Virus record (IMG/VR): IMGVR_UViG_3300035670_012065
Span: 1,687 to 65,686 of that record
DNA length: 64,000 nt
Origin: a virus
Lineage: Duplodnaviria > Caudoviricetes
Direction: 5' to 3' (one strand)
The notes beneath the pieces are model-generated. The model searched no databases. It saw only the letters and a program-made list of their open reading frames with translations, and had not been told where the DNA came from. The position numbers and the translations under genes are program-made. Positions 51,251-60,538 of this stretch are shown one piece after another (position 1 is the stretch's first letter; each line of letters starts with the position of its first letter).

Positions 51251-51650
51251 TGTCCTCTAGGGTTGAAAGTATATTTTTTGATGATTTGTTTTTTTGATAT
51301 GTTTTTTGATTTGATCGATCTATGTTCTTAGAGTATTCTTTATTTTGTGACTCTAAGATTTTTTGATGATGCTCTATAATAGCTATAAGGAATGGTGCTC
51401 GCAACGAATAGGTTTTTGATGTTTTGTCATCTTGAAGAGCTTTTACAATAGCTATTGGATTATATTTTTTAACAAGCTTATGGGCTGTGGCTATTTGATT
51501 TTTATAATACTTTTCCCATTCTTTTGTTAACCAAAATCTATAATGTAAATCTTTTTTTTCCAGTTTAGCCTTTTTTTCACAGATTAGTTCAACAATATAT
51601 TGAGCTGGTGATACTTCTTTGTTATTCGAATATCTCGAAATGAATTTCAT
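51234..51650 (-). CDS. Hypothetical protein
   Basis: 138-aa ORF overlapping its neighbours in the operon. Confidence 0.6.
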   Translation of the reverse strand: MKFISRYSNNKEVSPAQYIVELICEKKAKLEKKDLHYRFWLTKEWEKYYKNQIATAHKLVKKYNPIAIVKALQDDKTSKTYSLRAPFLIAIIEHHQKILESQNKEYSKNIDRSNQKTYQKNKSSKNILSTLEDIDNES

Positions 51651-51955
51651 TTTTTGAATGGATTGAAAATGTGACTTGGTGCTTCTTTTTTATGGTCTAT
51701 TTTTGATCTATTGTGATCATTCATCATGGATGCTTCCTGAGTCATAATAGAAACACTATTAGTTTTTTTGACAGCTGTTTTGTTAATCATAAGATCTTTA
51801 GCTGATGGTGTTGCTATTTTTAGATTTTCTGATTCTATTACTGATTGAATATTTTCTACGGACAAATTAAGCTCATCACTCATTTGTTCAGCATTTAATC
51901 CTTGAGCGAACAAATATTTTATTGCATAAACGTTATTTTTTGAAATTTTCGCCAT
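51647..51955 (-). CDS. Hypothetical protein with an N-terminal HTH-like segment
   Basis: GLNAEQMSDELNLSVENIQSV. Confidence 0.5.
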   Translation of the reverse strand: MAKISKNNVYAIKYLFAQGLNAEQMSDELNLSVENIQSVIESENLKIATPSAKDLMINKTAVKKTNSVSIMTQEASMMNDHNRSKIDHKKEAPSHIFNPFKK

Positions 51956-52335
51956 TACATCCTCTCTCTTTCTGCTCTATTAAGCCATGCATTATTTTGC
52001 GTCAGTAAAAATTTTAAGTAGTATGTAAAAACAGTTTTATTAACATTAGTAAACTTATCCGATGGTCTCACAACATTATCTAAAAAACTATAGCTTTTTT
52101 CTCTATCGAATTTGCTAAAAGGATTAAATAATTGATTATTATGAGATGTTTTTATTTGATAAAATAGATTGTCTTCTTTATTTAAGGTTTTAGCTAGCGT
52201 TCTAGAGTTCTCTGATACTGTTTGTCCATTTCCATTATCATCAAAAAACTCAGCATCTTTAGATAAACAAAAATATTGAGAGACTATCTGTTGATTTGAC
52301 TTTAATGTTGGGTTAAAAATAAACTCATTCTTCAT
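51955..52335 (-). CDS. Hypothetical protein, paralog of 53040-53444
   Basis: Shares AK...Y.IK....(L/V)FNP...F..V....F..Y..FL.TQN..WL..A.R with its paralog. Confidence 0.6.
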   Translation of the reverse strand: MKNEFIFNPTLKSNQQIVSQYFCLSKDAEFFDDNGNGQTVSENSRTLAKTLNKEDNLFYQIKTSHNNQLFNPFSKFDREKSYSFLDNVVRPSDKFTNVNKTVFTYYLKFLLTQNNAWLNRAERERM

Positions 52336-52708
52336 TAGGTTTTTCCTCGGCCGATGAAGCTGATGAACTCATGCAATTCTCTACATAGTCAAAAAAAGCT
52401 TTTAAATATTCATGATGGTTATGACCAGAAGGAACAGGAATAAAATAATTATTTGTGCAAACGCTTTTTGAGTCTGGAAATTCTGTTCCTGGGACATTCT
52501 CCAACACATTGGCTGTCAAGTTTATATGAATTTCATATTGGGTATCTGTTTGTTTTTTAACCTTATTAGGATCATCAAAGATATATTTATATTCTGACAA
52601 ATCCACATTAGGAATATCTTTAAGATCTTCAATTTGTTTTTTAAGTAATTCTATTGTTTCGGCAGAAAATTCTTGCCCTTGAGTTTCATTTTCCATATTC
52701 ATGTCCAT
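52325..52708 (-). CDS. Hypothetical protein
   Basis: 127-aa ORF overlapping its neighbours. Confidence 0.55.
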   Translation of the reverse strand: MDMNMENETQGQEFSAETIELLKKQIEDLKDIPNVDLSEYKYIFDDPNKVKKQTDTQYEIHINLTANVLENVPGTEFPDSKSVCTNNYFIPVPSGHNHHEYLKAFFDYVENCMSSSASSAEEKPNEE

Positions 52709-53040
52709 TTTGTCTTGGGTGGTTTCTTTATTCTATTCATGCCTTTTGGTAACGGTTTGTTTGAAGATTCTCTGTAAGAGTTGTGTTTATTGTGAAGCGC
52801 TATTTTTTTGTCTTCGCTCATACGATCACGATTTCTATTGGCTAAATCTCCTATAGTTTTAAGTTCGCTATCATGCTTGATAATTGATCCTTGGATTGAT
52901 CCTATATCGTCTTGATAACTTCTGCATGTTTTGACACCAGAACAGAATGAACATATTGGTGATGGTTTATAATCATTGATATAAAAAAACATCTCAAATT
53001 TTTTATTGCAGGATTCGCAATAATAGGTATATGTCGGCAT
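52699..53040 (-). CDS. FmdB-like Zn-ribbon protein
   Basis: MPTYTYYCESCNKKFE...CSFCSG. The ATG at 53040 overlaps the upstream TAA (TAATG), so it is preferred over the track's 53073. Confidence 0.8.
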   Translation of the reverse strand: MPTYTYYCESCNKKFEMFFYINDYKPSPICSFCSGVKTCRSYQDDIGSIQGSIIKHDSELKTIGDLANRNRDRMSEDKKIALHNKHNSYRESSNKPLPKGMNRIKKPPKTKWT

Positions 53041-53444
53041 TACTTTAAATCTCTTTGAGCGTCCTTTAGCCAACTAAGATTTTGTGTTTTTAAAAAAGTT
53101 ATATATTTTTGAAAGATTTGTGGGGTTACTTCTTTAAAAGACCATTCTTGTTTGCAGGTATTATTAATAAAATTTAAGGAATCTTTATCTTTCACAGAAG
53201 ATAGGATCTGTTTTGGATTAAAAACTTTAGAGTTTGGGTCCAATTTAATGTAATAACGACCATATGATTTATTTGAGTCTGCAAAGTGTTTGGTTTTTTT
53301 AGAAAAAATAATTTTTGCGACAACATTTTCATTTTCATCATATGTTCTCGGAAATCCATGCTTATCTAAGTAATCTTGATAACCCAATAAACAATAAAAC
53401 TCGTCATCTTTCAGATTTGATGTTTGTGAATTAAAAATAGCCAT
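53040..53444 (-). CDS. Hypothetical protein, paralog of 51955-52335
   Basis: Same shared motifs as listed for 51955-52335. Confidence 0.6.
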   Translation of the reverse strand: MAIFNSQTSNLKDDEFYCLLGYQDYLDKHGFPRTYDENENVVAKIIFSKKTKHFADSNKSYGRYYIKLDPNSKVFNPKQILSSVKDKDSLNFINNTCKQEWSFKEVTPQIFQKYITFLKTQNLSWLKDAQRDLK

Positions 53445-54018
53445 CTATATATTTTATCCATTGTTTGTGATCTGGATCAGTCGTCTCTTTTATACTAAGA
53501 AGCTCGTTGATAACAGGCAAGTATTTTGGTTCATAAAGGGGTTTTTTAGGAGTATTTAATAATTTCATACGTGCTTGATCTGGTGTTTTATTGGATTTTT
53601 TTCTATTACAGATTACACAAGCCGTGGCTATATTTAGCCAATTTGTAGCGGATCTAGAATCAGGAATGTATTGACTTTTTGGTATGATATGATCATAAGT
53701 TAATTCATTATAATTAAAATTTTGTCCGCAATATTGACAAGTATAACCATCTCTTAAAAAGAGATTATGTCGTGAAAATTTTAAAGATCTATTATAGATA
53801 TTGAAATATTTAAAAGTTTTGGCTATTAAAGGAACAGGATATTGTTTATTAGTACCCTGAATAAATTTATCTTTATAATATTGTATGATTTCTATAGAAC
53901 AACTATAATTATTTGAATACCTCAATGACCAAACTATGGCTTTTTGCCAAGAGATTAATTTTAATGGGGTATAATCAGCATTAAGCAATAAGCATTTGCT
54001 ATTTTCTGCCTTGTTCAT
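53431..54018 (-). CDS. HNH endonuclease (McrA-like)
   Basis: LLLNADYTPL..ISWQKAI, SRHNLFLRDGYTCQYCG, LTYDHIIPKS, W.NIATAC..CN.KK.NKTP. Confidence 0.88.
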   Translation of the reverse strand: MNKAENSKCLLLNADYTPLKLISWQKAIVWSLRYSNNYSCSIEIIQYYKDKFIQGTNKQYPVPLIAKTFKYFNIYNRSLKFSRHNLFLRDGYTCQYCGQNFNYNELTYDHIIPKSQYIPDSRSATNWLNIATACVICNRKKSNKTPDQARMKLLNTPKKPLYEPKYLPVINELLSIKETTDPDHKQWIKYIDGYF

Positions 54019-54736
54019 AGCTATCTAATCTGGCGAGGATTTTAGCAATAATTGGGTTTCTAACAATATCGCTATCACCAAGAGTACTAATTCCTATACC
54101 TTCTAAATTATTTAGATTATTCATCATCTCATAAAAGCCACCTTGTAGGTGTCTAGCAAGATCTGATTGTGATATATCTCCTGTTAGAACCATTTTACTT
54201 TCTCGTCCAATCCTTGTCAACAGCATTTTAAGTTGTTCGTATGATGAATTTTGACATTCGTCAGCAACAATAAAACAGTCATGAAAATTACGGCCTCTCA
54301 TCAACCCTAGTGGAACAACTTCTATTTTATTATTTGTTTTAAGACCAGTATATTCCGCAACAGAGATAAAATAATTTATTTCGTCTAGTATTGGTAATAA
54401 ATACGGATGTAGTTTTTCTTCAGCTGATCCTGGCAGATAGCCTATTTTCTCTCCGGACTCTACCACTGGTCGTGTTATAACAATTTTTTTAACCTTACCT
54501 TCTAATAGATATTCTAATGCCATACCAATTGCGATATGGGTTTTTCCACTTCCGGCAACACCATGGCAAAAAGTTATAGTATTCTCGGCTATGGTTCTAA
54601 TATATTCTTTTTGATTTTCGCTTCTTGGTTTTAACCTATTCCTATAAGAAGGTTTATTTTCATTAATATTAAAAGGCTCATTGGTAAGATCGATAATTTT
54701 ATTGTTTTTTGAGTTGGCATTTTTTTTCTTTCTCAA
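53999..54736 (-). CDS. phoH: PhoH-like ATPase
   Basis: GVAGSGKT, ITRPVVESGEKIGYLPG, MRGRNF, ADECQN, LTRIG...GDISQSD, DIVRNP. Confidence 0.95.
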   Translation of the reverse strand: MRKKKNANSKNNKIIDLTNEPFNINENKPSYRNRLKPRSENQKEYIRTIAENTITFCHGVAGSGKTHIAIGMALEYLLEGKVKKIVITRPVVESGEKIGYLPGSAEEKLHPYLLPILDEINYFISVAEYTGLKTNNKIEVVPLGLMRGRNFHDCFIVADECQNSSYEQLKMLLTRIGRESKMVLTGDISQSDLARHLQGGFYEMMNNLNNLEGIGISTLGDSDIVRNPIIAKILARLDSYEQGRK

Positions 54737-54774
54737 GATAAGCCCTTTATATTAAAGTAAATATATTATCTAAT

Positions 54775-54791
54775 TATTTAGATATACACCA
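54775..54791 (-). promoter_or_regulatory. Candidate motif TGGTGTAT-N7-TA (copy 3)
   Basis: TGGTGTAT ATCTAAA TA, intergenic, 38 nt before the phoH start. Confidence 0.45.
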
Positions 54792-55157
54792 TCATATAAT
54801 ATAAGGCTTTAGATTTGGTGGTTGCCATCCTTCTGGTTTTAATACTTTGCCGTCCTCTCTTTTTCTAACCTTACCTGTTACATTATCTATTTTTTCAAAG
54901 TTAGTTCGCATTACCTCATTCCACGCAGCTTCGCCACTAGCGCCCATACTATTAATAGCTCCTACTGTCACAACTATAATATCTATTAAGGCATCTAAAA
55001 TTTCTATTCTATCATTATTAGAGAAAGCCTCTTGCAATTCCTGTACTTCTTCTTTGATAAGAGAGTGATACATATCCAACTGTTTTTTATTCCATTCACA
55101 CACAGTTTGATCACAAGCTACCATAAACTTGGTTTGGTCATCAAATACATTTCCCAT
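54792..55157 (-). CDS. MazG-like nucleotide pyrophosphohydrolase
   Basis: LIKEEVQEL...ILDALIDIIVV..G...V.R.N..K...REDGKVLKPEGW. Confidence 0.82.
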   Translation of the reverse strand: MGNVFDDQTKFMVACDQTVCEWNKKQLDMYHSLIKEEVQELQEAFSNNDRIEILDALIDIIVVTVGAINSMGASGEAAWNEVMRTNFEKIDNVTGKVRKREDGKVLKPEGWQPPNLKPYII

Positions 55158-55166
55158 ATATTCTCC

Positions 55167-57947
55167 TTATGATTCGCAACTACTACAACTTAAAATATTT
55201 CTTGCTAATTCTTGTGCCGGATTGGCACTTCTTTGGTAATAAAAAGTTTTGATTCCTAATTTCCATCCTTCGATTAGTAAATCACTAACTTGTTTTGGTG
55301 GGGTGTCTGGAGGCACCATAAGATTAAGAGATTGAGATTGATCTATGTATTTTTGTCTTTGAGATGCTTGTATTACAATTTCTTTTTGACTAATCTCACC
55401 AAAAGTTTTAAATACTTCTTTTTCTTCATTAGGTAAAAACTTTAAGTGTTGTACAGATCCTCCTTTGACTAAAATACTTTTCCATGTATCGTCATCGTTT
55501 TTTTCATACTTTTTAAGTGTTTCTTTAAGGTGAGGATTCTTGTATGTAAATTTGCCTTTTGCTAAATTTTTAACAAAGTAGTTGCTGTTGAGTGGTTCTA
55601 TACTTGGGCTTACCTGACCCAATATAAAACTACTACTAGTAGTAGGAGCAATGGCCAAAGTTGTCACATTACGTCTACCATATCCTTCTAATATTGGGGC
55701 TTCTCCAAATTTTTCTGCTAACTCTGTAGTGGCTTTATCGGATCGTTCTCTAATAATCTTCCATATGTTAGCATTCAATAGTTTGGCTTGCATACTCTCA
55801 AAGCCTATCATTTTACTTTGTAAATAAGAATGCCAACCTAAAACCCCCATACCTAGAGCTCTTTGATTAAGAGCGAAGTTTCTGGCGCTTTTCATAAATC
55901 TAATATTTGTTGTTTTGTCTATAAATTCTTGATTTACACTATCAAGAAAATAGATAAGAATTTCTATAGCATCTGTTTGTTCTATTTCATCCCAATGTAG
56001 CAAATTAAGGGAGCTTAGAACGCAAACAAAACTGTTATTTTCATCGGAACTAAGAGTTATTTCTGAACAGTTATGTGTTACAACACCATTACAGACCCAT
56101 AGATGGTCGGGGCTATCTACCTTACAGCAATAGACGTCTTCTTTTCCAATATATTCTATATTTACTATTTTATAGAATTTTTTAGTATTATTGCGGTATT
56201 GTCTATTCTCTACAACAACCCCCTTCCTATCTAAAAATCCAGTATGTTTATTAAAAATTAACGCATCGTTTTTGTTGCCAATAATCAATCTCCAACAATC
56301 TTTGGTATTATAAAATTTATAACCACCTTTACCATCTGGTAAATATTGTTTTCCAGCTTTCCTTAAGATACGAATAGAAGACTGCATACCTAAATTTGCT
56401 AATATTAATTGCACTTCTTGCAAAAATCTTTTATTTATATTTGCTAATGATATAGCTATGGGTTCGCCTAAAGACTTGGCTTTAAAAACTGTGCCGTCGG
56501 CATAATATAATCCTTTGATATATTGCCATTGTGTTTTTTCATTAGATTCCCATATCCAATTTGGAACAGAACCCTTTTGAAAATTTAAGCTTTTCTTCAA
56601 AGCTTTACTACATAATCGTTTTTTTTGAATTTTACTTTGGTTTACAACGCAAGTATGAAATTTTGCATTATTATATAATCTATTATTTTTAGAAGAATAT
56701 TGCGTTTTATATTTTTTACATACATAATCATGATGGGACTGAATCGTTGTTAGTAAATCAAAATCTTTTTCCCAAATATCTATCATAATTTGATCTTTGT
56801 TTTGCGTACCATCAGCTTGATACAGACCTAATAGGAAAGCTTCTTTGCTCATGTTTTTGCAGCCAAAAATACCCTTATTGGTTTGTATGGCTACCTTGTC
56901 TCCAATTTTTAGGTCTTTACATTCTATATTTTTTGTAAGTACTTTACGTTTATTGGTAAAATTAGTCTGATATGAATAGTCAAAAACACAAACTTTATGA
57001 TACTTAGTTATCGTATGACTCATACCATTATCCAGAGTAATTCGATAAACATCTGTATTTTTTTCTATTAGCTGCATAGGAGAAGCATTTACTTGTTTAT
57101 TATTGTCAAATAATATAAGTTTATCTCCAATATCATATAACTCCTTAGCTGTTAATAGACCAAAATTAGAAACAACTCTTTGATCTCCTGTAACACACAA
57201 ATTACTCGAATTAATTTTAAGTTTTTTGTCTTTATACACTTGTGGGGCATTATTATTTATATTATCACTAAAGAAAATATATGGATATCCACTCTCAAAT
57301 CTTTTTTGTATGATTTTTGCCCAAATCTTTCTTTTGTTCTTATCTCCATCAATCATACTTTTCATCCACTCGTCACTAATAGTAACTCCAATACTCATAT
57401 TTTGGATAGGATGCCCCTCATTTCTTATTTGTAAGAATTCTTCAATATCAGAATGTTCTACAGGTAAATAAGCGGCAAAACTCCCTCTGCGAGCAGACCC
57501 TTGACTAATAACATCAGCAACCTTATCAAATAGCTCCATAAAATGGACAGGTCCACTACTTTCGCCACCAACACTGATAGAGACTCCTCGCCCTCTTAAG
57601 TCTCCAAAATATCCACTAGTTCCTCCACCAAGTTTGCTCATCATACCAACTTCTGCTACTTTATATAGAATGCTATCCATACGATCACTAATATGGGAAT
57701 TAAAACAACTAACCGGGAGTCCTCTTGAGTTGCCATAATTGGTCCATACAGGAGTGGAGAGAGAATAATATCCCAAACTCATATAGTGCTCAAATTTTTC
57801 GGCAAAGTTTTTAATGCCAAGCAATTTTTCTGCATTAACTGCTATATCTTTTATTCTTTCTTCAGGACTCTTACCGTTTTCGAGATATCCTCTTTCTAAG
57901 AATAATCTACTATGAGAATTTAGCCAATAATAGGGTTTGGTGGTCAT
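55167..57947 (-). CDS. nrdA: Class I ribonucleotide reductase alpha subunit (no ATP-cone), with intein
   Basis: STPVW.N, PVSCF, GGGTS, SQGSARRGSFAAYL, SNL|CSEI, VCVLSSLNL, AIAPTTSSS, DQSQSLNL, KTFYYQR, C-terminal CSSC. Confidence 0.95.
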   Translation of the reverse strand: MTTKPYYWLNSHSRLFLERGYLENGKSPEERIKDIAVNAEKLLGIKNFAEKFEHYMSLGYYSLSTPVWTNYGNSRGLPVSCFNSHISDRMDSILYKVAEVGMMSKLGGGTSGYFGDLRGRGVSISVGGESSGPVHFMELFDKVADVISQGSARRGSFAAYLPVEHSDIEEFLQIRNEGHPIQNMSIGVTISDEWMKSMIDGDKNKRKIWAKIIQKRFESGYPYIFFSDNINNNAPQVYKDKKLKINSSNLCVTGDQRVVSNFGLLTAKELYDIGDKLILFDNNKQVNASPMQLIEKNTDVYRITLDNGMSHTITKYHKVCVFDYSYQTNFTNKRKVLTKNIECKDLKIGDKVAIQTNKGIFGCKNMSKEAFLLGLYQADGTQNKDQIMIDIWEKDFDLLTTIQSHHDYVCKKYKTQYSSKNNRLYNNAKFHTCVVNQSKIQKKRLCSKALKKSLNFQKGSVPNWIWESNEKTQWQYIKGLYYADGTVFKAKSLGEPIAISLANINKRFLQEVQLILANLGMQSSIRILRKAGKQYLPDGKGGYKFYNTKDCWRLIIGNKNDALIFNKHTGFLDRKGVVVENRQYRNNTKKFYKIVNIEYIGKEDVYCCKVDSPDHLWVCNGVVTHNCSEITLSSDENNSFVCVLSSLNLLHWDEIEQTDAIEILIYFLDSVNQEFIDKTTNIRFMKSARNFALNQRALGMGVLGWHSYLQSKMIGFESMQAKLLNANIWKIIRERSDKATTELAEKFGEAPILEGYGRRNVTTLAIAPTTSSSFILGQVSPSIEPLNSNYFVKNLAKGKFTYKNPHLKETLKKYEKNDDDTWKSILVKGGSVQHLKFLPNEEKEVFKTFGEISQKEIVIQASQRQKYIDQSQSLNLMVPPDTPPKQVSDLLIEGWKLGIKTFYYQRSANPAQELARNILSCSSCES
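56070..57197 (-). mobile_element. Canonical intein (376 aa) with LAGLIDADG endonuclease at the RNR catalytic NLC.E motif
   Basis: Starts CVTGDQRV and ends VVTHN|C. Block B IT.YHK. LAGLIDADG motifs LLGLYQADG and IKGLYYADG. Confidence 0.93.
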
Positions 57948-57977
57948 TTAAAATCCTTGATTCGAGCCATTGTTCTT

Positions 57978-58949
57978 TTAAAATAGGGCTTCTGCGTCAA
58001 AAGACAAAGCCTTTTTGGAGTATTCTACGGGACGAGAATGAAAGAAATCCGTCATGTTATTTCCTAGTATCTGCTCATCAAACCAATGTGTTTTGGTCAG
58101 CAAATCGATGTCGATCTCGAATACAGAATCATATCCTATTTGATTTAATGATTCATTAAGACGATGTTTAATAAACTCTTTCAAAATTGGAGAGTTGAGA
58201 TTTTCGTCAGAATATCCGTTGATAATCCAGTCTATAATTTCGCATTCGTATTTGACGGCTTCTTTGGACTCGTATAGTATTTTAGCTTCTAGTTCTTCAT
58301 CGAAAAGATCCGGATATTCTTGTTTGATGGTATTAATAATTTTTATACCAATCATAGCATGAAGATTTTCTTCTCGACTGGTATATTCAACTTGTTTATT
58401 AGTATCCTTTAACAGGTTTAAGAATCTGCCGAAATAGTTGATAGTATAAAACTGAGAAAATAAAGCAATATTTTCAACAAATAAAGTGAATAGTATTAAA
58501 GAATAAATAAATTGTTTCTTGTTATCATTATGAAATTTATGAAGATGTTTACGCAAATAGTTGACGCGACCTTTGATGATATCTAATTCAAGAATTTTTT
58601 CAAAGTTATCATCTATACCTAAAACCTCTAGTAGTCTTTCGTAAGCATCTCCATGAATAACTTCTACATGAGCCATTGTATATCCCAAGTCATTTAATGA
58701 CGGATGAGGAAGATTATCTCCTAATTTGGCCCAAAATTTCTTCACACTAATCTCTAGTTGTCCGATGGTGGATAATGCTCTGATAATAATTTGTTTTTGT
58801 TGTTCTGTTAAACTTACCCTAAAATCTTGAATATCACTACTAAAATTAAATTCTCTATGAGTCCAAAATCCGTTGTGCATAGCCTCTATAAAGTCTTGAG
58901 TCCAAGGATAGTTATCGGGTTTACGACTTATTTGTTCATCAAAAATCAT
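57978..58949 (-). CDS. nrdB: Class I ribonucleotide reductase beta subunit
   Basis: FW...E...SSDIQD, EVIHGDAY, VENIALFSQF, TSREENLH, DFFHSRPVEYSK. Confidence 0.93.
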   Translation of the reverse strand: MIFDEQISRKPDNYPWTQDFIEAMHNGFWTHREFNFSSDIQDFRVSLTEQQKQIIIRALSTIGQLEISVKKFWAKLGDNLPHPSLNDLGYTMAHVEVIHGDAYERLLEVLGIDDNFEKILELDIIKGRVNYLRKHLHKFHNDNKKQFIYSLILFTLFVENIALFSQFYTINYFGRFLNLLKDTNKQVEYTSREENLHAMIGIKIINTIKQEYPDLFDEELEAKILYESKEAVKYECEIIDWIINGYSDENLNSPILKEFIKHRLNESLNQIGYDSVFEIDIDLLTKTHWFDEQILGNNMTDFFHSRPVEYSKKALSFDAEALF

Positions 58950-58961
58950 AAATAGACTCCA

Positions 58962-59099
58962 TTATTTCTTTTGTAGTAATATATAAAAACCCAATATAAC
59001 TAAACCTGTAAACTCTTTACCGACAGGATTAAAATGCTCAAAAAAATATAATTGTATCAAATACATAAGGCCCAAGATATTAAAGATGGTAACTATCAT
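58962..59099 (-). CDS. Small two-helix membrane protein (45 aa), below the ORF-track cutoff
   Basis: MIVTIFNILGLMYLIQLYFFEHFNPVGKEFTGLVILGFYILLQKK*. ATGA overlap with the deaminase stop; fills the gap before nrdB. Confidence 0.6.
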   Translation of the reverse strand: MIVTIFNILGLMYLIQLYFFEHFNPVGKEFTGLVILGFYILLQKK

Positions 59100-59581
59100 A
59101 GTACACCAGCAACCTGTCTCAGCCACTCTAGATTTGGTTCTATATAATAGATTTTTATCTTGCTCATTTCTACAAAAAGATCAAACCTTTTCTTTGCGTC
59201 GTCATCAAATAAAACTGTTCCGTGAGAGTCTATCATATAAACCGTATCTATCCCAGCTTGATATAAGCTCATAATACAATCATTGCAGCATTGACCAGTG
59301 ACATAGGCTGTTCCGTTATCTGGCCTAACCACACAGTTGCTTAGAGCATTACGTTCGCTATGGGCCATCCAAAAATATTTTTCTGGTCTAGTTAATGGTA
59401 ATTTATTATCATCTAAGCCTTTTGGAAAACCATTATATCCTGTGCCCAAAATTCTATTCTGTTTATCTGTTATAACACAACCATGCTTAGTGTGAACGTC
59501 ATGACTTCTTAAAGAAATTACTTTTGCTAGTCCTAGAAAATAGCTAGTCCAGTCGGGTCTGTTTTGTTCTGTTGTGCTCAT
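59096..59581 (-). CDS. dCMP deaminase
   Basis: RPDWTSYFLGLA...RS.D..TKHGCVI, GYNGFPKG, HSERNAL, CCNDC. The ATG at 59581 is preferred over the track's 59608. Confidence 0.9.
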   Translation of the reverse strand: MSTTEQNRPDWTSYFLGLAKVISLRSHDVHTKHGCVITDKQNRILGTGYNGFPKGLDDNKLPLTRPEKYFWMAHSERNALSNCVVRPDNGTAYVTGQCCNDCIMSLYQAGIDTVYMIDSHGTVLFDDDAKKRFDLFVEMSKIKIYYIEPNLEWLRQVAGVL

Positions 59582-59587
59582 CTCAAT

Positions 59588-59615
59588 ATAGTACGTGATG
59601 CCACACAAAAGTCAA
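59588..59615 (-). promoter_or_regulatory. Sigma70-type promoter, probably giving a leaderless dCMP deaminase mRNA
   Basis: TTGACT, 16 nt, TACTAT, 6 nt, ATG. The -35 box overlaps the TGA stop of the upstream gene. Confidence 0.55.
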
Positions 59616-60532
59616 GCAGCGCCTTGGATGATTGTGTGCTTATTAATTTTTTTATATTTTTGAACAGGATTATTTTCTAAGTGAAGCCAACGTATTACTA
59701 GTGAATCGTTGTTTTCCGATAAAATATTTCCATAAACATTAATGTCTTCAGTTAAATAACAATCATTACCATATAATTTGACAAGATGAAATTTTCCTTT
59801 TGGAGCCTTATCGTTCAAAATTTTGATGGTATGGTTTCTAACACAAGAAAACTTTAAATTATTTAGTGATATTACATATCCAAATAGTCTTTCTAAGCTG
59901 TGGGAATATGTTCCGTCGAAAGTTTCGTCCACCTTTCCCTTTTCATTTTTTAATAGATCTAATAGTTCATTTTTGTATGGTAAAAAATATTGTTGAAACA
60001 ACTCTGTTCTGCTCAAAAACATATTTCCACCAAAAAAATTTTTGGGTTTTATTTTGTTGTATTCCCAATGTATAAGGTCGCATAAAGTTTGAATTTTTAT
60101 AGAATGAGTATTTTCATTATTATTTAACAATAAATTTTTATTACCAATTATTCCTATTTTAGAATTTTGTGATATTTTTTTAAGATTATTATAGAATAAG
60201 TTTTTAGATCCTAATAAATCATGTAATAGTATTTTTCTCCAATTTATTTGATTATAAGCTCCATAAAGGCTTTTTTTGCTATGAATTTTAATGAAATATT
60301 TTGTATTTACAAGAGATAGCTGATTTAGAAAAGGAGCAACATCAGCTCCATAATTATCATGATATGTTACTGTACAATCAAATATCTTTTTGGCTTCAGT
60401 TTCTATGTTTTTAGATTTTTGTGTTGACGATAAGCCTAAATAAAGTTTAATATCTCCTTTAAATGGAAATAATAAAGTTTTAAATTCATCCCAAAGATCA
60501 GAATGATAAAGATATAATATTACTGCTATCAT
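59612..60532 (-). CDS. RgpF-like (rhamnan synthesis F) glycosyltransferase
   Basis: IAVILYLYHSDLWDEF, N.GADVAPFL, IKIHSKKS, WR..LL..LLGS, FFGGNMF..R, HSLERLFG. Confidence 0.8.
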   Translation of the reverse strand: MIAVILYLYHSDLWDEFKTLLFPFKGDIKLYLGLSSTQKSKNIETEAKKIFDCTVTYHDNYGADVAPFLNQLSLVNTKYFIKIHSKKSLYGAYNQINWRKILLHDLLGSKNLFYNNLKKISQNSKIGIIGNKNLLLNNNENTHSIKIQTLCDLIHWEYNKIKPKNFFGGNMFLSRTELFQQYFLPYKNELLDLLKNEKGKVDETFDGTYSHSLERLFGYVISLNNLKFSCVRNHTIKILNDKAPKGKFHLVKLYGNDCYLTEDINVYGNILSENNDSLVIRWLHLENNPVQKYKKINKHTIIQGAA

Positions 60533-60538
60533 TATTTA

